Shown piece by piece: positions 55,412 through 58,959 of a DNA stretch of 58,959 nt (the stretch's first letter is position 1; every line of letters begins with the position of its first letter). A program made the position numbers and the translations under genes. Location of the stretch: contig DATCLK010000025.1 of assembly GCA_036563975.1 (NCBI GenBank), forward strand, positions 1 to 58,959, read 5' to 3'. Under the pieces are notes generated by a model. The model was given only the letters and a program-made list of their open reading frames with translations, was not told where the DNA came from and searched no databases. This stretch comes from Longimicrobiales bacterium. GTDB lineage: Bacteria > Gemmatimonadota > Gemmatimonadetes > Longimicrobiales > RSA9.

Positions 55412-56477
55412 ACACTTCCAGACTCCGCTCGTGGTCAAGGACGAGCTGGATGGGAACGAGGAGCCGCTCGCCGGCGGGCCGCGCGTCCAGGCGCGCGTCC
55501 CGGCCATCCACGCGGGCGTTGGCGAGGCGGCGGGCGGGGAGCAGTGGCTCGAGCACGAGCCGGAGCGGCACGGCGCCGCGCGTCTGCTCGACGCAGAGCG
55601 TGTGGCGCGCGCCCTCCCGGCAGTAGCGGAGCGAAACCTCGGCATCCCCCACGCGCAGGCGCTCGACGTGGAGCCGGTCCCACGCAGCGGGCGGCTGGAG
55701 CCGCAGCCGCAGCCGATGTCGCAGTGCGTCCGGCTCCACGCCCAGCAGCCCGTACACGAGTGGGACGACGATGTTCGCCGCGGCCACTTCCGGCGGGGAG
55801 CCAGCGGTGATGCGGTCCGCGTGCGCATCCTCTCGCGGCTGCGCTCCGTCTGCGACGAGGCGCTGGACGCAGCGCCACCAGTGCCCGAACGCGGCCTCCG
55901 ACCGGCCGGCTGCGTAGGCGGCGAGACTTTCTCTCGCGGACGCGAGCAGCGGATCCGGTGGCGACCCGGCGTCGGGCAGGAGTGCGGTTGGCTCGTGCAC
56001 GCCGTCGTCGAATGCCTCGCCGCCGAGCGCCGCGAGGTCTGCTGTCCAGGCGGCGTACGCCGCCGCGAGCAGCGGGTACGGCGCCGTCGAGCTCTCCGCA
56101 AAGCGGGCGGGGGGCTCACCCCGGGCCGCGCACGCGGCGTCGGTGTCCCGTCGGCGGGAGAGGGAACGCAGCAGGTCCGCGACGAGCTCGGCCTGGCCGG
56201 TTGCGAGGCAGGCGAGCGCGACCCAGGCCGCGTCGTGCTCGCCTCGTGCGGTATCCGCGGCGGCTCCGCCGCGCGGCTCGTCGGCGGGCCCTCCGCGTAC
56301 GCCGGCCAGGCGGAGTTTCGCCTGTTCCAGCGCCTCGCCGGCGAGCGGGTCGGGCGCCTCGAGCGAGAGCGTGGTCGCGCGCAGGCGGGCGAGCACGGTC
56401 ATGCTCGCCGCACTGGCGTGCGGCAGAGCGTGGGCGCGGGCGCCGAGGTCGCCGGGCGTGACGCGTTGGCTCTGCAC
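55377..56477 (-). CDS. hypothetical protein, C-terminal region reminiscent of the beta-sandwich of (alpha/alpha)6 glycoside-hydrolase-like enzymes
   Basis: GTG start overlapping the histidine kinase stop (GTGCACTAC). Its 3' end overlaps the nhaC start by 35 nt. Composition is moderately protein-like, so the call is weak. Confidence 0.4.
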   Translation of the reverse strand: MQSQRVTPGDLGARAHALPHASAASMTVLARLRATTLSLEAPDPLAGEALEQAKLRLAGVRGGPADEPRGGAAADTARGEHDAAWVALACLATGQAELVADLLRSLSRRRDTDAACAARGEPPARFAESSTAPYPLLAAAYAAWTADLAALGGEAFDDGVHEPTALLPDAGSPPDPLLASARESLAAYAAGRSEAAFGHWWRCVQRLVADGAQPREDAHADRITAGSPPEVAAANIVVPLVYGLLGVEPDALRHRLRLRLQPPAAWDRLHVERLRVGDAEVSLRYCREGARHTLCVEQTRGAVPLRLVLEPLLPARRLANARVDGRDARLDARPAGERLLVPIQLVLDHERSLEVYVEYDPDDDAV

Positions 56478-58267
56478 TACGCGGTCTCCACGCCCATCCT
56501 GCGCAGGAACGCAGCGAGCTGTTCGCGGCCGAACGGCTTGGCCAGGGTGGGGCGGCCGGTCGCCTTGAGGAACACGCGGATCTCGTCGGAGATGGTGTCG
56601 CCGGTCATGAACGCGAGCCGGCGGGCAGCGGCCGGCGCTTCTCTCTCGAGCCGGTCGTACAGTTCGCGACCATCCAGGTCCGGCATGCGGATGTCGCAGA
56701 GGATGATGTCATACTCGCCGCTGGCCGCCAACGCCAGGCCGTCTTCTCCGGTGGACGATGTCGTGACCTCGCAACCAAAATACTCGAGCACGCGGCGGAT
56801 CGCGCGGTGGAGGCCGGGCTCGTCGTCGATCACGAGCACGCGCACGCCGGCGCGAGCCACGGCCAGCTCTCCGACCCCGGCGCCGCCCGGGCGAGCAGCG
56901 GGCGCGCCCGCGCCGGCGGACACGCGCGTACGCGGGCGGGGCTCGGCCGGGCGTGCGACGTCGGCGGCACGGGCCTGCGCTGGCGGCTCCGGCGCGGCCG
57001 GGACATCCGCCGCCGTGGCGATGGGCAATGCGACGCGGAAGATGGCGCCGCCGGCAGGCCCGTTCCCGGCCACGACCTCGCCGCCGTGCTCGTCCACGAT
57101 CTCCTTCACGATGGCGAGCCCCATCCCCGTCCCCTCGCCCGCCGGCTTGGTGGTGAAGAACGGCTCGAAGATGTGCGGCAGGGCGTCCGCGCTGATCCCG
57201 GGGCCGGTGTCCGCCACCGCGAGGATGACCCGCTCGGGCGGAGCGCCGTCAGCCGGCGAGCCGTCGCCCTCGCCGCGCGCGACGTGCGCGCGGATCGTGA
57301 GCCGCCGCTCGCCGGCGTCGTGCTTCTCCATCGCCTGGAGCGCGTTCACGATCAGGTTCGAGAGGATGTGGCGCAAGCCCCGCCGGTCGGCGCGCACGGC
57401 GGGCAGGTCCGCGGGCAGATCCAGCGCGATGCGCACGCCGGCCGCGACGAGCTCGCGGCCGTGGTCCGCGACGACCTCGCGCACGACCTCGGCGAGCGGC
57501 ACGGCCGCGAGCTTCGGGTTGCGCTTGCGAGCGAGCAGCAGCAGGTCGGCGACGATGGCGCTCGCGCGCTCCATCTCGCGGGCGATGGCCCGGACTTGCT
57601 CCAGCGCGGCCGGCGGCAGCCCATCCGCCTCCAGCATCTCCGCGATCAGCCGGACGGTGGTGAGGGGCTTGTTCAGTTCGTGCGCGACGCGCGCGATGAG
57701 CCGGCCGAGGGCGGAGAGCTTCTCGGACTGCTGGAGCTGCTCGCTCGACCGCCGCGCCTCGCCCCGGAGTTGCGCCGTCCGCACCGCCACGGCCATGTGG
57801 TCCGCCAGCGCGGTCAAGAGCGCCGGATCCAGCGGCCAGCGCTCCGGCAGCTCGCGGTAGGCCAGGCTCATTGCGCCGATGAGCTCCTGCTCCGCCCGGA
57901 GCGGGACGACGACGATGTCCCGCACGAGCTGCTGCTTGCGGATCTCCTCCGGCACGAGCGGCGAGTCCTGGATGCCGAGGATGACCAGCGGGTCGCGCCG
58001 GCGATCGAGGGCCGCGAGCACTTCCGGACGCACCGGGAAACGGTAGCCCAGCCGCATGCGGGGCCCGCCGGCGCTGCGCTCGTGGGCGACGAGCTCGGCC
58101 TCGCCACCGCGGCGCAGCAGCACGCTCACCCCGTCCGCACGGCTCAGCGCGAGCACCGTCGAAGCGATCCGGTGCAGCACCTCGGGCAGCTCGAGGGATT
58201 CCGCCAGCGCGCTCGCGACATCGGCGAACGCGGCGACCGCGTCCTGTGCGGGGCGGGCCCGGCTCAA
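56477..58267 (-). CDS. hybrid sensor histidine kinase (GAF - HisKA - HATPase - C-terminal receiver)
   Basis: GAF-like N-terminus. H-box ARVAHELNKPL. ATPase boxes (NLIVNALQAM, DTGPGIS, GTGMGLAIVKEIVDEHGG). Ala/Pro linker. Receiver domain (RVLVIDDEPG...DIILCDIRMPDLDG...AFMTGD). The track start is TTG, so the start is uncertain. Confidence 0.85.
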   Translation of the reverse strand: MSRARPAQDAVAAFADVASALAESLELPEVLHRIASTVLALSRADGVSVLLRRGGEAELVAHERSAGGPRMRLGYRFPVRPEVLAALDRRRDPLVILGIQDSPLVPEEIRKQQLVRDIVVVPLRAEQELIGAMSLAYRELPERWPLDPALLTALADHMAVAVRTAQLRGEARRSSEQLQQSEKLSALGRLIARVAHELNKPLTTVRLIAEMLEADGLPPAALEQVRAIAREMERASAIVADLLLLARKRNPKLAAVPLAEVVREVVADHGRELVAAGVRIALDLPADLPAVRADRRGLRHILSNLIVNALQAMEKHDAGERRLTIRAHVARGEGDGSPADGAPPERVILAVADTGPGISADALPHIFEPFFTTKPAGEGTGMGLAIVKEIVDEHGGEVVAGNGPAGGAIFRVALPIATAADVPAAPEPPAQARAADVARPAEPRPRTRVSAGAGAPAARPGGAGVGELAVARAGVRVLVIDDEPGLHRAIRRVLEYFGCEVTTSSTGEDGLALAASGEYDIILCDIRMPDLDGRELYDRLEREAPAAARRLAFMTGDTISDEIRVFLKATGRPTLAKPFGREQLAAFLRRMGVETA

Positions 58268-58767
58268 GGGCAGACCTCCAGTCTGCCAGCCGGCGTGCGC
58301 GTGCCAGCAACGACGAGAGGCGGCCGTTGGGGCAATCGAGTTTGAGATGGTCTTTCGCGGAATCGTACCATCTGGACTCGTACTCGTAGGCGGGGAAGCC
58401 CGTGCGACGGCGGCCGGCGGGGACGCGAGTCGGCTGGCCCGGACCCGAGGCGCAAGTTACGGAGCGCCCAGCAATCTGTCCAGCGGAGCGGCCCTCGATT
58501 CCGAGACGGTTCGTTGCCCGCCGGGCCGGGCAGACCGTGCGGAAGGCGCTTGACAGACGCGACGGCCGGCCGGTATCCTCGCCGCATCCGAGCAGAGCGT
58601 CCCGATGTGCTCCGGCGCACCGTAGACGACTGACCGGCAACGGAGCACGCGCATGTCGAGAATCGAACGGATCCGCCGGGGGGCCAGCCGGCCCCGCGCT
58701 CGGTCCGCGGAGCCGCGCGGCGCGCCCGGCAGGCCGGGCCCGTCATCCTCCTGCGGTGCCGTGGCGA

Positions 58768-58959
58768 TGCTCCGCGGCACTGTTTTGTCCCGGCGTTCCC
58801 GGCTCCGACCGGGAACGACGCTGCACGCCGCGATCGGGGGCCTCGCCGCGGCGCTGCTGCTCTCGCCCGGCATCGCCGCGGCCCAGTCGCGCGGTGGGAG
58901 CACGCCTGCCCGGGGCGAAGCCACCGCGGCCCCACGCGAGCCGCGATTGTTCCCCGGCG
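58768..58959 (+). CDS. possible 5' partial CDS of a secreted protein running off the window end
   Basis: MLRGTVLSRRSRLRPGTTLHAAIGGLAAALLLSPGIAAAQS looks like a Sec or Tat-type signal peptide. There is no stop before the window end. Confidence 0.25.

Noticed and set aside
58264-58935. 223-aa minus-strand ORF upstream of the hybrid kinase
   Set aside because: Arg/Ala/Pro-rich junk composition. It overlaps the likely promoter region and a possible plus-strand partial gene.

Overview
This is a 58,959-bp chromosomal segment from a very high-GC bacterium (about 70% GC by eye) carrying roughly 60 protein-coding genes. I recognised no rRNA, tRNA, CRISPR array, transposase or integrase. The gene content includes a TPR plus GWxTD-like secreted protein, a duplicated FtsX-type orphan ABC permease of the ADOP family, an Omp85 outer-membrane protein, an S8 peptidase, a POT peptide transporter and a sigma54 activator. 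That mix fits a Gemmatimonadota or Acidobacteriota-like diderm, but the lineage is inference only.

Because of the GC content, the six-frame track is full of long Ala/Arg/Pro-rich ORFs antisense to or overlapping the real genes. The track also translates GTG and TTG starts as M. I therefore called genes on protein-like composition, catalytic or family motifs, signal peptides or lipoboxes, RBS spacing and operon geometry. Where an ORF had a low-complexity N-terminal extension I re-derived the start from the first convincing ATG or GTG.

The most interesting item is a sigma54-activator locus at 12.4-16.3 kb. Two paralogous small secreted two-cysteine proteins each carry a nearly identical non-coding leader of about 180 nt, positioned about 55 nt upstream of the start codon. 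These two genes flank an NHL-type beta-propeller lipoprotein and are followed by a membrane-anchored DsbA-like oxidoreductase.

Other items worth a second look:
- An intact DEAD-box helicase homolog in which every catalytic motif is lost but the DbpA-type RNA-binding domain is kept.
- An aspartate ammonia-lyase with an N-terminal cyclic-nucleotide-binding domain.
- An overlapping three-gene operon: small protein, DedA/TVP38 membrane protein, radical SAM enzyme with a Cys-rich C-terminus.
- A flotillin gene interrupted by one extra base, inside an NfeD / universal stress protein (USP) / phosphoribosyltransferase / Hsp20 / CBS / hydrolase stress island.
- Three degenerate tandem repeats of about 85 bp in a convergent intergenic region.
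- A (GAGTAC)n hexanucleotide microsatellite directly after the Omp85 gene.
- A hybrid histidine kinase / unknown protein / NhaC operon with overlapping stop and start codons.
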